Below, piece by piece: positions 27,843-37,748 of a stretch of 64,000 nt of DNA. The stretch's first letter is position 1; each line of letters opens with the position of its first letter. The translations under genes were made by a program, and so were the position numbers. The notes beneath the pieces are model-generated. The model was not told the origin of the DNA, did no database searches, and saw nothing but the letters and a program-made list of their open reading frames with translations. This DNA comes from Candidatus Giovannonibacteria bacterium (GTDB lineage: Bacteria; Patescibacteriota; Minisyncoccia; UBA11713; 2-01-FULL-45-33): positions 42,456 through 106,455 of the forward strand of contig CP066687.1 of NCBI GenBank assembly GCA_016432405.1, given 5' to 3'.

Positions 27843-30299
27843 ATGAAACGTTTTTTGTTGAGATTGGCCGTATCAGGCGTCCTCTTGGCGGGCGCTCTGC
27901 TCTTTTTTGCCGCCTCGGTAAACTTGCCGGACCTGAACGGATTTGAGGAGCGGCGAGTGGCGCAGTCCACTAAAATTTACGACCGCACCGGAGAAGTTCT
28001 GCTTTACGACGTACACGGCGAAGAAAAACGTACCATCGTTCCTTTTTCAGAAATACCGAGACACATGAAAAACGCAACAATCGCCGTAGAAGACGATTCT
28101 TTTTATCAGCATTTCGGTTTCAGGCCGCTTGCGTTCCTGCGCGCCGTTTTTGTGAACGCTCTCCGCGGCAGTTTTGAACAAGGGGGGTCTACCATAACGC
28201 AGCAGTTGGCGAAAACCACGCTGCTCACGCCGCAAAAAACGATATTTAGAAAAATAAAAGAAATAATCATATCCTTCAAAATTGAGGCGAGGTACTCCAA
28301 AGATGAAATACTTAATTTTTATCTCAATCAGATACCTTACGGCAACGGCGCCTACGGCGCAGAGGCCGCCGCAGAAACCTTCTTTGGCAAGCACGCCAAA
28401 GACCTTAACGTTAAAGAGGCGGCCTATCTTGCCTCGCTGCCCAAAGCGCCGAGCTATTACTCGCCTTACGGCAAACACAGAGACGAACTGGATTCGCGCG
28501 CCGCATTCGTCCTGGAACGAATGCGTAAGCTCGGGTTCTTGTCAGAAAAAGAATATAACAACGCAAAAAATGAAGCCGTCAAATTTTCTCCGGCGCGGGC
28601 GCAAGGCATAATCGCGCCGCATTTCGTGATTGAAGTAAGGGAGGAGCTGAATAAAAAATTCGGGGAGGACGCTGTGGAAAAATCCGGATTTAAAGTCACG
28701 ACCGCTTTGGACGTCGATCTGCAGTCAAAAACGGAAGAGGTGATAAATAAATACGCCGAGGAAAACGAAAAAAATTTCAACGCCAAAAATGAAAGCGTTG
28801 TGGCGATTGACCCCAAAACCGGCGACGTTCTGGCCGTAGTCGGCTCCAGAAATTATTTTGACATAGAGCGTGAGGGAAATTTTAACATAACCACCGCCCA
28901 CAGGCAGCCGGGTTCGGCGCTGAAGCCATTCATTTACGCAACAGCCTTTAAAAAGGGATTTACGCCGGAGACGGTGCTTTTTGATCTGCCGACTGAATTT
29001 AACCCTCTTTGCACTCCGGACGGAAAACCAACTGCGGGAGTTCAGGAAGACAAATGCTACCATCCGCAAAATTTTGACAATAAATTCCGCGGCCCGGTGC
29101 CACTCCGCGAAGCACTGGCCCAGTCGCTGAACGTTCCTTCCGTAAAAACGCTTTATCTCGCAGGATTGGAAGAATCTTTATCCACGGCGCGGGACTTCGG
29201 GATAACTTCCCTCAATGAGCCGGAGCGATACGGCCTTACGCTTGTTTTGGGAGGAGGAGAAGTGTCTCTACTTGAGCTGACTTCGGCTTATTCTGTTTTC
29301 GCAAACGACGGCGTGAGAAATCCTTACAGATATATATTAAAAATTGAGGATGCTGAAGGAAAAATTATTTATGAAGCCGCATCGGAGCCGCGCAATGTTA
29401 TTGACAACAACATCGCCAGAGCCATAAACGATATCCTCTCCGACAATAAGGCGCGGGCGCCTTCTTTCGGAGAATTTTCCGCTCTTTATTTTCCGGATAA
29501 AAAAGTCGCCGCAAAAACCGGGACCACCAACGACTATCGCGACGCCTGGGTGATAGGATACACGCCGGACGTGGTCGTGGGCGCCTGGGCCGGAAACAAC
29601 GACAACTCTCCTATGGAAAAAAAGGTTGCCGGATTTATCGTGGCCCCCTGGTGGCACGAAATTATGGAATACGCCGCGGGCAAGCTCCCACCGTCGGAAT
29701 TTGTGTCTCCGGATCCGTTCCTCCAAAACGTATCCGACCAGAGGCCCTATGCGCGCGGCGAATGGAGGGGTGGAAAAGAATTCACGGTAGATAAAATTTC
29801 CGGCGGGCTTGCCACAGAGTACACACCCAAGGAACTTTTGGAAAAAAAGGTGGTCCTTGAAGTGCGGTCAATCCTCCACTGGGTAGATATAAACAGCCCC
29901 CAGCTTAAAAACTGGGAGGACCCCGTAAGAAAGTGGGCCGCAGCCAGCGGTCTCACTGACCAGAATGATAACATCATCCCTAAAACGTACGACTCCGTCC
30001 ATGTTCCTCAAAACTTCCCAAGGATTTCCCAAATTCAGCTGTCTCCGCAAAAAAACGCGTACGATGGAGACGATTTAGTTGTTTTGCGGCCGACAACGGA
30101 AGGGAAATATCACATTGAACAAGCCGACTATTTTGCCGGCGATGAATATCTCGGTTCAATAAAACTGCCCCCTTTTGAGTTCGCCCTGAATTTAAGCAAG
30201 ACAAAAAGCGAATCAAACTTTATACCAGTGAGGGTAAAGATTTACGACGCCGTCGGCAACACGGCCGAGCAAACAATAAATATCGTTCTGAAGAACTGA
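27843..30299 (+). CDS. Class A penicillin-binding protein (PBP1A-like)
   Basis: EDDSFYQH, GGSTITQQL, RQPGSALKP, SLN, KTGTT; C-terminal Ig-like domain. Confidence 0.93.
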   Translation: MKRFLLRLAVSGVLLAGALLFFAASVNLPDLNGFEERRVAQSTKIYDRTGEVLLYDVHGEEKRTIVPFSEIPRHMKNATIAVEDDSFYQHFGFRPLAFLRAVFVNALRGSFEQGGSTITQQLAKTTLLTPQKTIFRKIKEIIISFKIEARYSKDEILNFYLNQIPYGNGAYGAEAAAETFFGKHAKDLNVKEAAYLASLPKAPSYYSPYGKHRDELDSRAAFVLERMRKLGFLSEKEYNNAKNEAVKFSPARAQGIIAPHFVIEVREELNKKFGEDAVEKSGFKVTTALDVDLQSKTEEVINKYAEENEKNFNAKNESVVAIDPKTGDVLAVVGSRNYFDIEREGNFNITTAHRQPGSALKPFIYATAFKKGFTPETVLFDLPTEFNPLCTPDGKPTAGVQEDKCYHPQNFDNKFRGPVPLREALAQSLNVPSVKTLYLAGLEESLSTARDFGITSLNEPERYGLTLVLGGGEVSLLELTSAYSVFANDGVRNPYRYILKIEDAEGKIIYEAASEPRNVIDNNIARAINDILSDNKARAPSFGEFSALYFPDKKVAAKTGTTNDYRDAWVIGYTPDVVVGAWAGNNDNSPMEKKVAGFIVAPWWHEIMEYAAGKLPPSEFVSPDPFLQNVSDQRPYARGEWRGGKEFTVDKISGGLATEYTPKELLEKKVVLEVRSILHWVDINSPQLKNWEDPVRKWAAASGLTDQNDNIIPKTYDSVHVPQNFPRISQIQLSPQKNAYDGDDLVVLRPTTEGKYHIEQADYFAGDEYLGSIKLPPFEFALNLSKTKSESNFIPVRVKIYDAVGNTAEQTINIVLKN

Positions 30300-30307
30300 C
30301 CGAAGAA

Positions 30308-31411
30308 TTAAATTCCCCGCATCGGCATCACTAAATAAACGTAGGAGCTGTCTCCCTTTCCTTTTATGAGCAAGGGGGATTGGTCGCCGTTTAAGTTAAA
30401 TTCAATATACTCGCTATTTATTTGAGGGATGCCGTCCGCCAGATATCTCCAATTGAACTTCGCGGTCACTTCGTCGCCCTGGACGCCCGCGCCAACCGAC
30501 GCAGAATGCTCTCCGACCTCTGAATTGGACGTGCTCATTAAAACGGCTTTTTTGAAGGGGCTGAAAAACAATGTGATGTCGTTCAGTTTCCCGGAAAACA
30601 CGCTGGCAAGCTTTATGTTGGATAAAATTTCATTTTTTTTAGCTATCGCGACGGTTTTAAAATTTTTAGGGATAATTTGCTCGTAGTCCGGAAATTTGCC
30701 GTCCGTGAGCCGGGAGATAAATTTATAATCTTCGCCCAGAATGATTATTTGGTTTTTATTTGCCCCCAATTTGACGTTTTCGTCGTTTTCCAGAAGCCGG
30801 AGTATCTCCTGAACGCTGCGCTGCGGAACCAAAAAAGACGTCATTTTTTCTGAGCGCGCTTCTTTTGAAACTATGCTTTTCTCGGCCAGGCGGAAAGAGT
30901 CGGTTGCCGCGATTTTTATGCTGTTTTTAAAGATATTAAAGCAGACGCTGGCAAGCTCGGGTTTTATGTCGGATATACTAGCAGCTGTGACTACCGACGC
31001 CAAAGAGAATCTCAATTCGGGAGAAGACATTGAAATACTTTCCGCTACGTCAACTTTGGGGAAAATCGGAAAATCTTCCGGCGGATAACCCCTGATTGTT
31101 GTCTCCATAGAGCTGGTTTTTATAAACAGATTGTTTTTTTGCGCCTGAAGAATTATTTGCTCCTCCGGAATATTGTTTAAAAAAGAATTTATTGTTTTTG
31201 CCGGAACAACCACGCTCCCGGCGCTATGTATTTTCCCAGACACGCTTATTTCAACGGCGGTTTCTAAATTTGTCGCTCTTATTTTTATTGCGTCTTTTTC
31301 GGCGCCGATAAATACTGAATTTAATATCGGCAAGGTTTGGTTTTTTGAAGTATTCCTTTCTGCGATTGAAACTGCTGATTTAAGATTCTTATTTAAACAT
31401 TGTATCTTCAT
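30308..31411 (-). CDS. dnaN: DNA polymerase III beta clamp
   Basis: ATNLE, AATDSFRLAE, GKFPDYEQII, YLVMPMR. Confidence 0.96.
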   Translation of the reverse strand: MKIQCLNKNLKSAVSIAERNTSKNQTLPILNSVFIGAEKDAIKIRATNLETAVEISVSGKIHSAGSVVVPAKTINSFLNNIPEEQIILQAQKNNLFIKTSSMETTIRGYPPEDFPIFPKVDVAESISMSSPELRFSLASVVTAASISDIKPELASVCFNIFKNSIKIAATDSFRLAEKSIVSKEARSEKMTSFLVPQRSVQEILRLLENDENVKLGANKNQIIILGEDYKFISRLTDGKFPDYEQIIPKNFKTVAIAKKNEILSNIKLASVFSGKLNDITLFFSPFKKAVLMSTSNSEVGEHSASVGAGVQGDEVTAKFNWRYLADGIPQINSEYIEFNLNGDQSPLLIKGKGDSSYVYLVMPMRGI

Positions 31412-31522
31412 GGTTAAAATTTATTATATTTAATCGCCTTAATATGTGAATTGGGATTAATGTGGCTTTGAAAAGCTGTGGAAGAAAAATGGATAAAATT
31501 TTTGTTTTTTTTAATCAACATT

Positions 31523-32887
31523 TTATTTTTGCTGGTTTTGATATTTTTCCCGTATTCTTTTAATCTCCTCCTCAAGTCTTGAATCCTTTTTGGCCTCCTG
31601 GATTATTTTTTCGTAGGCGTGTATTGCCGTGGTGTGGTCCATCCCCCCAAACTTTTGGCCGATGAAAGGATAAGATCCTTTTAAATCCTCGCGTATGAGA
31701 TACATCGCTACCTGACGCGGGCGCACGACTTCGGTCTTGCGGGTGTGCTCATATATTGATTTTTCCGGTATGTCGTAAAATTCGGCCACGGTCTTGATTA
31801 TTTGGCTGGGGGTCGCGGCGTTTTTCGGCTTTATATTTCTGCTTAATATGCTCTTTATGTCGTCCTGGCTTAATACTCTGTTCTGGTGTTTTGATTGCAT
31901 GTAAATTGTGTTTAACGCGCCCTCCAGCTCTCTTATGTTTTTTTGTATGAGCATGGCTATAAGTTCGAGCGTCGTCTCCGGCAGGCCGATTTTCCGCTCG
32001 GCCGTCTTGGATTTTAATATAGCCAGCCGCGATTCGTATTCCGGCTCGGATATATCCACAATCACCCCTGCCTCCATCCTGGAGAGCAGCCTTTCGCCGA
32101 TGTCGGGAATGGATTTGGGCGGCCTGTCGGAGGAGAAAACCACCTGCTTGCCGGCCTCATGCAAAGCGTTGAAGGTGTAGAAAAACTCCTCCTGGGTTTT
32201 GGTTTTGTTGGAAAAGAATTGGACGTCGTCTACCACCAGCAAATCAAACTCGCGGTATTTTTCTTTGAAGCTGTGCACGGCGTTGTTTTGCAGGGAGCTG
32301 ACGAGCTCGTTGCTGAATTTCTCCGACGAGATGTAATAAATTTTCTTGGGCGGCCCGTTTTTTAAGATTGCGTTCCCGATCGCCTGCAGAAGGTGTGTCT
32401 TTCCCAGCCCGACGCCGCCGTAAATGAAGAGCGGGTTATAAACCCTGCCGGGGCTTTTAATGACCGCGAGCGCCGCGGCGTGCGCCAGTTCGTTAAACGA
32501 GCCGACAATGAAAGTGTCCAGAGTATACTTGGGGTTGAGATTCGTTTTTGGGTCCACGTAAAAGTCTTTGAATTCAAGCTGTTCCTCCGGCTGGGGAGCA
32601 AATTCCTTGTGCGGCTTGATTCTCGCGGCTTGGGGCGTTGACGACGCGGCTATGGAGTAATTTATCGCCCTTATCTCCGGCACGCGGGAGCGCAGGGATT
32701 TTAGGATAAATTTATGAAATTTGTTTTCCAGCCACTCTTTAGAGAAACCATTGGGCGCGCCGACGGTAACCACCCCGTCCGCAAAGTCTAAGATATGGGT
32801 GTCTTTAAACCACGTCACGAAATTTGCGCGTGACACGGCCAGTTCTATATCGTTCAATGCTTGCGACCAAAGCTCCTCGTTATTCAT
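31523..32887 (-). CDS. dnaA: Replication initiator DnaA
   Basis: YNPLFIYGGVGLGKTHL, DDVQF, NIRELEGAL, FGGMDHTTAIHA. Confidence 0.97.
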   Translation of the reverse strand: MNNEELWSQALNDIELAVSRANFVTWFKDTHILDFADGVVTVGAPNGFSKEWLENKFHKFILKSLRSRVPEIRAINYSIAASSTPQAARIKPHKEFAPQPEEQLEFKDFYVDPKTNLNPKYTLDTFIVGSFNELAHAAALAVIKSPGRVYNPLFIYGGVGLGKTHLLQAIGNAILKNGPPKKIYYISSEKFSNELVSSLQNNAVHSFKEKYREFDLLVVDDVQFFSNKTKTQEEFFYTFNALHEAGKQVVFSSDRPPKSIPDIGERLLSRMEAGVIVDISEPEYESRLAILKSKTAERKIGLPETTLELIAMLIQKNIRELEGALNTIYMQSKHQNRVLSQDDIKSILSRNIKPKNAATPSQIIKTVAEFYDIPEKSIYEHTRKTEVVRPRQVAMYLIREDLKGSYPFIGQKFGGMDHTTAIHAYEKIIQEAKKDSRLEEEIKRIREKYQNQQK

Positions 32888-32999
32888 AGATTTATACTAT
32901 AGGACTTTATTCAAACTTTGCATTGTAGAAAATGTTAATAGATTGTGGATATAATGTGAATATTGCAAAAACAAGAAATTATTGTAAAATTAGCTGATT
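32888..32999. other. Possible oriC region (dnaA-rpmH spacer; also the dnaA-dnaN spacer 31412-31522)
   Basis: AT-rich spacers with degenerate DnaA boxes (TGTGGATAT at 32945, TGTGGAAGA at 31477). Positional inference only. Confidence 0.4.
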
Positions 33000-33134
33000 A
33001 TGTCTGTCACTTATCAACCCAAAAAAAGGAAGAGGGCGCGCACCCATGGTTTTTTAAAAAGAATGCGGCTAAAAGCCGGGCGGAATGTTCTCCGGCGGAG
33101 GAGGCGAAAGGGCAGACGCCGCCTTGCTGTTTGA
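33000..33134 (+). CDS. rpmH: 50S ribosomal protein L34 (not in the ORF track)
   Basis: [44 protein letters not shown]. Confidence 0.96.
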   Translation: MSVTYQPKKRKRARTHGFLKRMRLKAGRNVLRRRRRKGRRRLAV

Positions 33135-33140
33135 AAGGCC

Positions 33141-33467
33141 ATGCTCAAAAAATCAATGAGAATTAGCCGTAAAGATTTAGAAAGATTTTTTAAACAAAAA
33201 TCTTTCGGCGTTCGCGGGGAAACGTTATCCGCGCGAGTTTCGGCGAACCGCATTGGCAAAGCACGCTTTGCTTTTGTGGTTTCCGGGCCGAAGAACCGCG
33301 GAGCGGCTTTGAGGAATCTCGCCAGAAGGCGCATGAGTGCGGCGGTGGAGAAATTTTTGGAAACAGCTAAAACTGGCAGGGACATTGTTTTTTTTATGAA
33401 AATACAGGACAGGCGCGTCCCGGAATTTAAAATAATTATGGAAGATGTAAAAAATGTCCTTGCTTAA
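33141..33467 (+). CDS. rnpA: RNase P protein component
   Basis: RFAFVVS, AALRNLARRR; follows rpmH. Confidence 0.85.
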   Translation: MLKKSMRISRKDLERFFKQKSFGVRGETLSARVSANRIGKARFAFVVSGPKNRGAALRNLARRRMSAAVEKFLETAKTGRDIVFFMKIQDRRVPEFKIIMEDVKNVLA

Positions 33468-34212
33468 AACGCTGTTTCATGAAATTTTTTACCTGCCGAT
33501 TTTAAACGCGCTTGTTTTTTTGACGTCCGTTCTGCCCGGACACGACTTGGGGCTTGCCGTTATTTTGCTGACCGCGCTCATCAGGGCGCTGATGTTCCCC
33601 ATGACGCACAAAATGCTCCATACCCAGAATGCGATGAAGCGCATAGAGCCGGAGGTGAAGAAAATTTACGAAGAGAAAAAAAACCGCGAAGAACAGGCAA
33701 AAGCGCTTATGGAGCTTTACAAAAAACACGGCATCAATCCCCTCTCCGGTTTTTTTATGCTTTTGATACAACTGCCCCTGCTTATAGCTATGTATAGAGT
33801 TTTTTGGCGCGGCATACCTTTCAATGCTTCGGAGGTTTACGGGCTTTTGAGCGCGTCCGGACCGATAAATCTGATATTTTTGGGCCTTATTCCGCTTACA
33901 GAGGCCAGTGTGGGCATGGCCGCCTTGGCCGCAATTTCGCAATTCTGGCAGGCAAAATTAGCGATGCCCCCCAAGGTTTTTTCAGCCAAAGACAAAAACG
34001 ACCCGCCCGACCGGCAGGCGGGCATGGGCCGTGCCATGCAGTGGCAAATGCTCTATGTGTTCCCCATAATTATTTTTGTCATAAGTTTTAAGCTCCCGGC
34101 CGCCGTTTCCCTCTACTGGACGGCGATGAACGTTTTTGCTATAGTGCACGAAGCGGTTGTCCGCAGGTCCGCCAGTCGGCGGAGCGGAGGCGCTTCGTAT
34201 GGAGGAAAATAA
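33454..34212 (+). CDS. yidC: Membrane protein insertase YidC
   Basis: AVILLTALIR, MELYKKHGINPLSG, LIQLP, LPAAVSLYW. Confidence 0.92.
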   Translation: MSLLKTLFHEIFYLPILNALVFLTSVLPGHDLGLAVILLTALIRALMFPMTHKMLHTQNAMKRIEPEVKKIYEEKKNREEQAKALMELYKKHGINPLSGFFMLLIQLPLLIAMYRVFWRGIPFNASEVYGLLSASGPINLIFLGLIPLTEASVGMAALAAISQFWQAKLAMPPKVFSAKDKNDPPDRQAGMGRAMQWQMLYVFPIIIFVISFKLPAAVSLYWTAMNVFAIVHEAVVRRSASRRSGGASYGGK

Positions 34213-34672
34213 AAAAGAGCAAATAGAATTCGTGGACGGAACAATCCGGGCTGTTTTGGAGAAGATGGGATTTTCCTTTTCTCTGGAATTTCAGGAGGGC
34301 GGCGAGGACAGCTGGTTTTTAATCAAAGCGCCGGAGGCGCCTCTGCTCATAGGAGACGGGGGGAAACATCTCGCGGCGTTTAGTTTTTTGGTGAAGCGGA
34401 TTTTTGAGCAGAAATTTCCGGAGGGCAAGCCGCAATTTTTAATAGACATAAATGATTACAATAAAAAAAGGATAGAAGAGATAAAAGATGCGGCGCGGCT
34501 CCATGCCCAGCGCGTGCGTTATTTCAAAAAAGAAGTTGAGATGAGGCCGATGAACGCTTACGACAGGAGAATAGTGCATTCGGTCTTGCAAGAGTATCCT
34601 GACATCGCGACGGAATCAACCGGCCAGGGCCCGGAGCGGCGGGTGGTGATAAAGCCGCTGGACTTGGCGTAA
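34199..34672 (+). CDS. jag: Jag/KhpB-like KH-R3H RNA-binding protein
   Basis: LLIGDGG, PMNAYDRRIVH, TESTGQGPERRVVI. Confidence 0.85.
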   Translation: MEENKKEQIEFVDGTIRAVLEKMGFSFSLEFQEGGEDSWFLIKAPEAPLLIGDGGKHLAAFSFLVKRIFEQKFPEGKPQFLIDINDYNKKRIEEIKDAARLHAQRVRYFKKEVEMRPMNAYDRRIVHSVLQEYPDIATESTGQGPERRVVIKPLDLA

Positions 34673-34734
34673 ATAAAAAAGCCCGATCTGGAGAATTTCG
34701 TTTTCTCCAATTCGGGCTAGCTGGCACACCAATC

Positions 34735-35337
34735 TTACTTCCTCCTTTCGGGGGTAGGCGGCTTGGGTACCGGCAGTCCGCGTTTGCGGAACTGAAACCT
34801 AAGCTTTTGAATGGCTTGGATTCCCATTTTACGAGCCCTATCCCCTCCCACACCCAACTTGTGGCCAGTGCGCTCCAAAGTTTCCTCTTCCCAGTAAACC
34901 GACTTAAGAAGTTCGGCTTCGCGCGCTGTAAGCGTCGGCAGAGCTTCTTTTAAAAAAGTAATAAGCTCTTTTCTCTCCAGCGCCTCATCCGGCAGAGGCG
35001 GAGGCAGCGAGATTAGTCCGTTGGCCTCAAGCAGGGCCGGAGTAACGTCTCGCATGCTCTCCAGCACTTTTGGCAGTTTGAGAAACTCTTTTGAGCGGAT
35101 GAACTCCGGCCAGAGGTCATCCGGCAGTTTTCCGGTGAGCTTAAAGAGTTTATCTTCTTGGCCCTTAGTGAGTTTTTTGGGAATGCGTTTTAAGTTGATT
35201 ACTTCTCCGAACCCTTGCTGTGTCATTCCCAGAAACTCTGCGGCTTGCTTTTGCGTCCAGCCGTGGCGCTTTAAGGCCTCGCGCAGATCTCCATGCTTTA
35301 AGCGCGCGATCACACTTACGCGAAATTTTTTCTTCAT
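34735..35337 (-). CDS. XRE-HTH plus sigma70 region 4-like fusion protein
   Basis: LREALKRHGWTQKQAAEFLGM at the N-terminus; LPTLTAREAELL...TLERTGHKLGVGGDRAR...AIQKLR at the C-terminus. Confidence 0.7.
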   Translation of the reverse strand: MKKKFRVSVIARLKHGDLREALKRHGWTQKQAAEFLGMTQQGFGEVINLKRIPKKLTKGQEDKLFKLTGKLPDDLWPEFIRSKEFLKLPKVLESMRDVTPALLEANGLISLPPPLPDEALERKELITFLKEALPTLTAREAELLKSVYWEEETLERTGHKLGVGGDRARKMGIQAIQKLRFQFRKRGLPVPKPPTPERRK

Positions 35338-35368
35338 TTTCCTATCCTTTCCGTTTTGCGCGGGGCGC

Positions 35369-35680
35369 TCAAGGAGCGCCGAAGAGAAGGAGGTACAAAT
35401 AGTAGGCGTGGTAGATGGCGATTGCGACTATAATAATAGCAGCAAAGCCGACAACCGCAGCGAAGTGACGTGCTACTCCTTCAACAGCGTGACCGACTTG
35501 CGCAAGAAGCCAAACCAACAATCCCCAGGCAGTTTCAAAAATTCCGCCGAGCGTCCAGCCGGTCAAGCGAAAGTATGCCAAAGCACCGTGTTGCTGACTG
35601 CCGCGCACCGCGCCGGCAAGTACAGCAAATGCCAACCCGCAAAGCCAAAGAACCAGAAGAGCAACAATCAAATCGCTCAT
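35369..35680 (-). CDS. Hypothetical membrane protein
   Basis: Hydrophobic 103 aa, GGAGG SD, TTGACA-16-TATAAT at 35720-35747. Confidence 0.6.
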   Translation of the reverse strand: MSDLIVALLVLWLCGLAFAVLAGAVRGSQQHGALAYFRLTGWTLGGIFETAWGLLVWLLAQVGHAVEGVARHFAAVVGFAAIIIVAIAIYHAYYLYLLLFGAP

Positions 35681-35751
35681 TGTAACCTCCCTATCCGTTA
35701 GTTTTGTCTATCTGGTTTAATTATAGCTTCTATAAAATATTTGTCAAGCAC

Positions 35752-36993
35752 CTATGGCTTTAATTTCAAGCTCCACAAATCGCCGGAGGATTTGTCGCGG
35801 AAGAGGAGATAAGAATCGTCGGCCAGGATTTTTGGAGAAATTACGTCTAGCGGCGTCTGGATAAAAGACGATACCTGACCGGTTGCCGTGTTAATCAGGA
35901 CAAAATCGTCTTGAAATGAAATTTTGCCTTTCCACCAATCGTCCGGGAGCCCGCCAACACCCGGCGCTGGAGAGTGGGGCGCGGCGCAGTAGGCGGCGTT
36001 TTTAAGTGTCCGCGAAAACGCGCACTTTTCGGCGATTGTTTTGACTCCCAAGTCCTTGGTTTCTCCGGTTTTTGCGTCAACAAATCTTAAATCAAAGAAA
36101 TTTCCATCGGATGTCACTCGGGAATAAAGCGCGCCCGAGCCGTCCAAATTCCAGACCGCGTCCAGACCCAGACCCTCGGCAATTTTCGCGAATTCGCCCG
36201 TGTTTATGTTGAGCGAGTAAAGAAATCCGCGCGCAGCGTAGGAGGACTTTGTTTTAAGGGCGATGAGATTTTGCGCCGGCCAGCTGATTTCAAAATTTGG
36301 GATGTCGTTGTCAAAAATTTTTCTTTGATTTCCGAAATCAGAATTTGCGATAAAAATATTTTGGCTTTCCCCCACATCATTTATAAACACAACCCGTTTT
36401 GAGTCCGGCGAAAAAGCGACGTCGGAAACGCCGTCCGGCAGGAAATTCGTCCGCGGAGTGGAGGTTGAGTAGTCCGTCAAAAGTTTTTTGATTTGTCCGC
36501 CCAAGTTGTAAAAAATCACTGCCCGCCTCGCGTCCGAAGCCCACAGAACGCGAAGAATTTGGGGGACGGTGAAATTGGAAGTTCTTTTTTCCTCATCTGT
36601 CCCGTCCGCCTTTCTTTCAAAGAGGTGCCCCAGCGCCTCGGCGACATTTTTGTGATAGCGGACGGAGGTTGTTCCGACAAGAGCAATAGATGAAACGTTC
36701 TCCTGACTTAGCCGAACCAATGTGCCCACCGGGAGATTTTTCGCGGATTCGGGGGTTAGCGGCAATTCGCCGCCTCCGCCCGGGAAAACACTCGGTGTTT
36801 GCCGCCCATCAACACCGAGTGTTGAGGAGGGTGGTCCGCTCGGCGGCGCCGATGACGGGAAGATTCCGAAAAATCCTCCCCCGCTGGTTCCCTGCGTTCC
36901 GCTTTTTGACCCGAAATAAAACAAAACTCCGATGATAATTACCACACTAACCCCAGCAATTATTATATTTCTTTTGGTTAATAAATTTTCCAT
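35752..36993 (-). CDS. Membrane-anchored beta-propeller-like (TolB/WD40-like) protein
   Basis: N-terminal TM, Gly/Pro linker, VAFSPDSKR-type blades. Confidence 0.7.
   Translation of the reverse strand: MENLLTKRNIIIAGVSVVIIIGVLFYFGSKSGTQGTSGGGFFGIFPSSAPPSGPPSSTLGVDGRQTPSVFPGGGGELPLTPESAKNLPVGTLVRLSQENVSSIALVGTTSVRYHKNVAEALGHLFERKADGTDEEKRTSNFTVPQILRVLWASDARRAVIFYNLGGQIKKLLTDYSTSTPRTNFLPDGVSDVAFSPDSKRVVFINDVGESQNIFIANSDFGNQRKIFDNDIPNFEISWPAQNLIALKTKSSYAARGFLYSLNINTGEFAKIAEGLGLDAVWNLDGSGALYSRVTSDGNFFDLRFVDAKTGETKDLGVKTIAEKCAFSRTLKNAAYCAAPHSPAPGVGGLPDDWWKGKISFQDDFVLINTATGQVSSFIQTPLDVISPKILADDSYLLFRDKSSGDLWSLKLKP
36956..36993. repeat. 38-bp direct repeat copy 1 (start of the propeller gene)
   Basis: 34/38 identical to 37707-37744. 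Confidence 0.85.
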
Positions 36994-37008
36994 GCCGCGA
37001 TGATACTA

Positions 37009-37581
37009 TTATATCTTTTTAATTAATAACTTTTCCAGCATTTCGGCCACGCCAATCCTTAAAGCCCACATTTTCAGATATTCTATATCAAGTTCGGAGC
37101 CAGAAATTTTTAAGATGGATTCAACGTCTTCCAGCTGACGGCTTGATCCTGATTCTTTAAACCATTGCAATTTTATTAAAATGAGATCTTCTGGCGAGGA
37201 AAAATACACTTTTTGGCCAAGAATCTCTTTGGCTATTTTTCTTCGTAGCCGGGAAACGTCAAACGCGTTTCTTTTTAACATCCAAAAGTCAACTTTTACG
37301 CCGGTTTCCCCGTCTACGAAATTAAATTCGCCTTCTTGTAAAATTGCTTTTTCGATGGATTGCTTGTCAATATATCCAGCTCCGCTTAATTCTCGCAGGG
37401 CCTTTTCCAGCTTGGAGATATCGCTTGTTTTTAATTCCACAACTATGTCTATATCGGCGGTAAATCTTGGTCTGCCCCAAACCAAGACCGCAATTCCGCC
37501 AGTAATGATATAGGGAATATTAAGGCGCTCAAGAATTTGCGCGACATTAACCAGAAGTCGTCTCGGATCTATTTGTTCCAT
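37009..37581 (-). CDS. Nucleotidyltransferase-fold protein (DUF6036-like), putative TA component
   Basis: YIITGGIA...RFTADIDIVV, SPEDLILIKL, RQLEDV. Confidence 0.8.
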   Translation of the reverse strand: MEQIDPRRLLVNVAQILERLNIPYIITGGIAVLVWGRPRFTADIDIVVELKTSDISKLEKALRELSGAGYIDKQSIEKAILQEGEFNFVDGETGVKVDFWMLKRNAFDVSRLRRKIAKEILGQKVYFSSPEDLILIKLQWFKESGSSRQLEDVESILKISGSELDIEYLKMWALRIGVAEMLEKLLIKKI

Positions 37582-37744
37582 GGCTTATTTTATTGCCCAC
37601 TAAATCTTTAGCCAATCTCCAAAACGCGGAGCCCAATTCCACTTTTTTGTCCGCGGACATTTTTCTGAAAATGTCATCTTGCCGATCTTGGGCAGATTTC
37701 TTCTCCGCGATTATTATATTTCTTTTGGTTAAATAGTTTTCCAT
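37547..37744 (-). CDS. Small partner protein of the nucleotidyltransferase
   Basis: 65 aa, QDDIFRKMSADKKVEL; overlaps the NTase start. Confidence 0.65.
   Translation of the reverse strand: MENYLTKRNIIIAEKKSAQDRQDDIFRKMSADKKVELGSAFWRLAKDLVGNKISHGTNRSETTSG
37707..37744. repeat. 38-bp direct repeat copy 2
   Basis: Encodes MENYLTKRNIIIA versus MENLLTKRNIIIA at copy 1. Confidence 0.85.
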
Positions 37745-37748
37745 AAAA

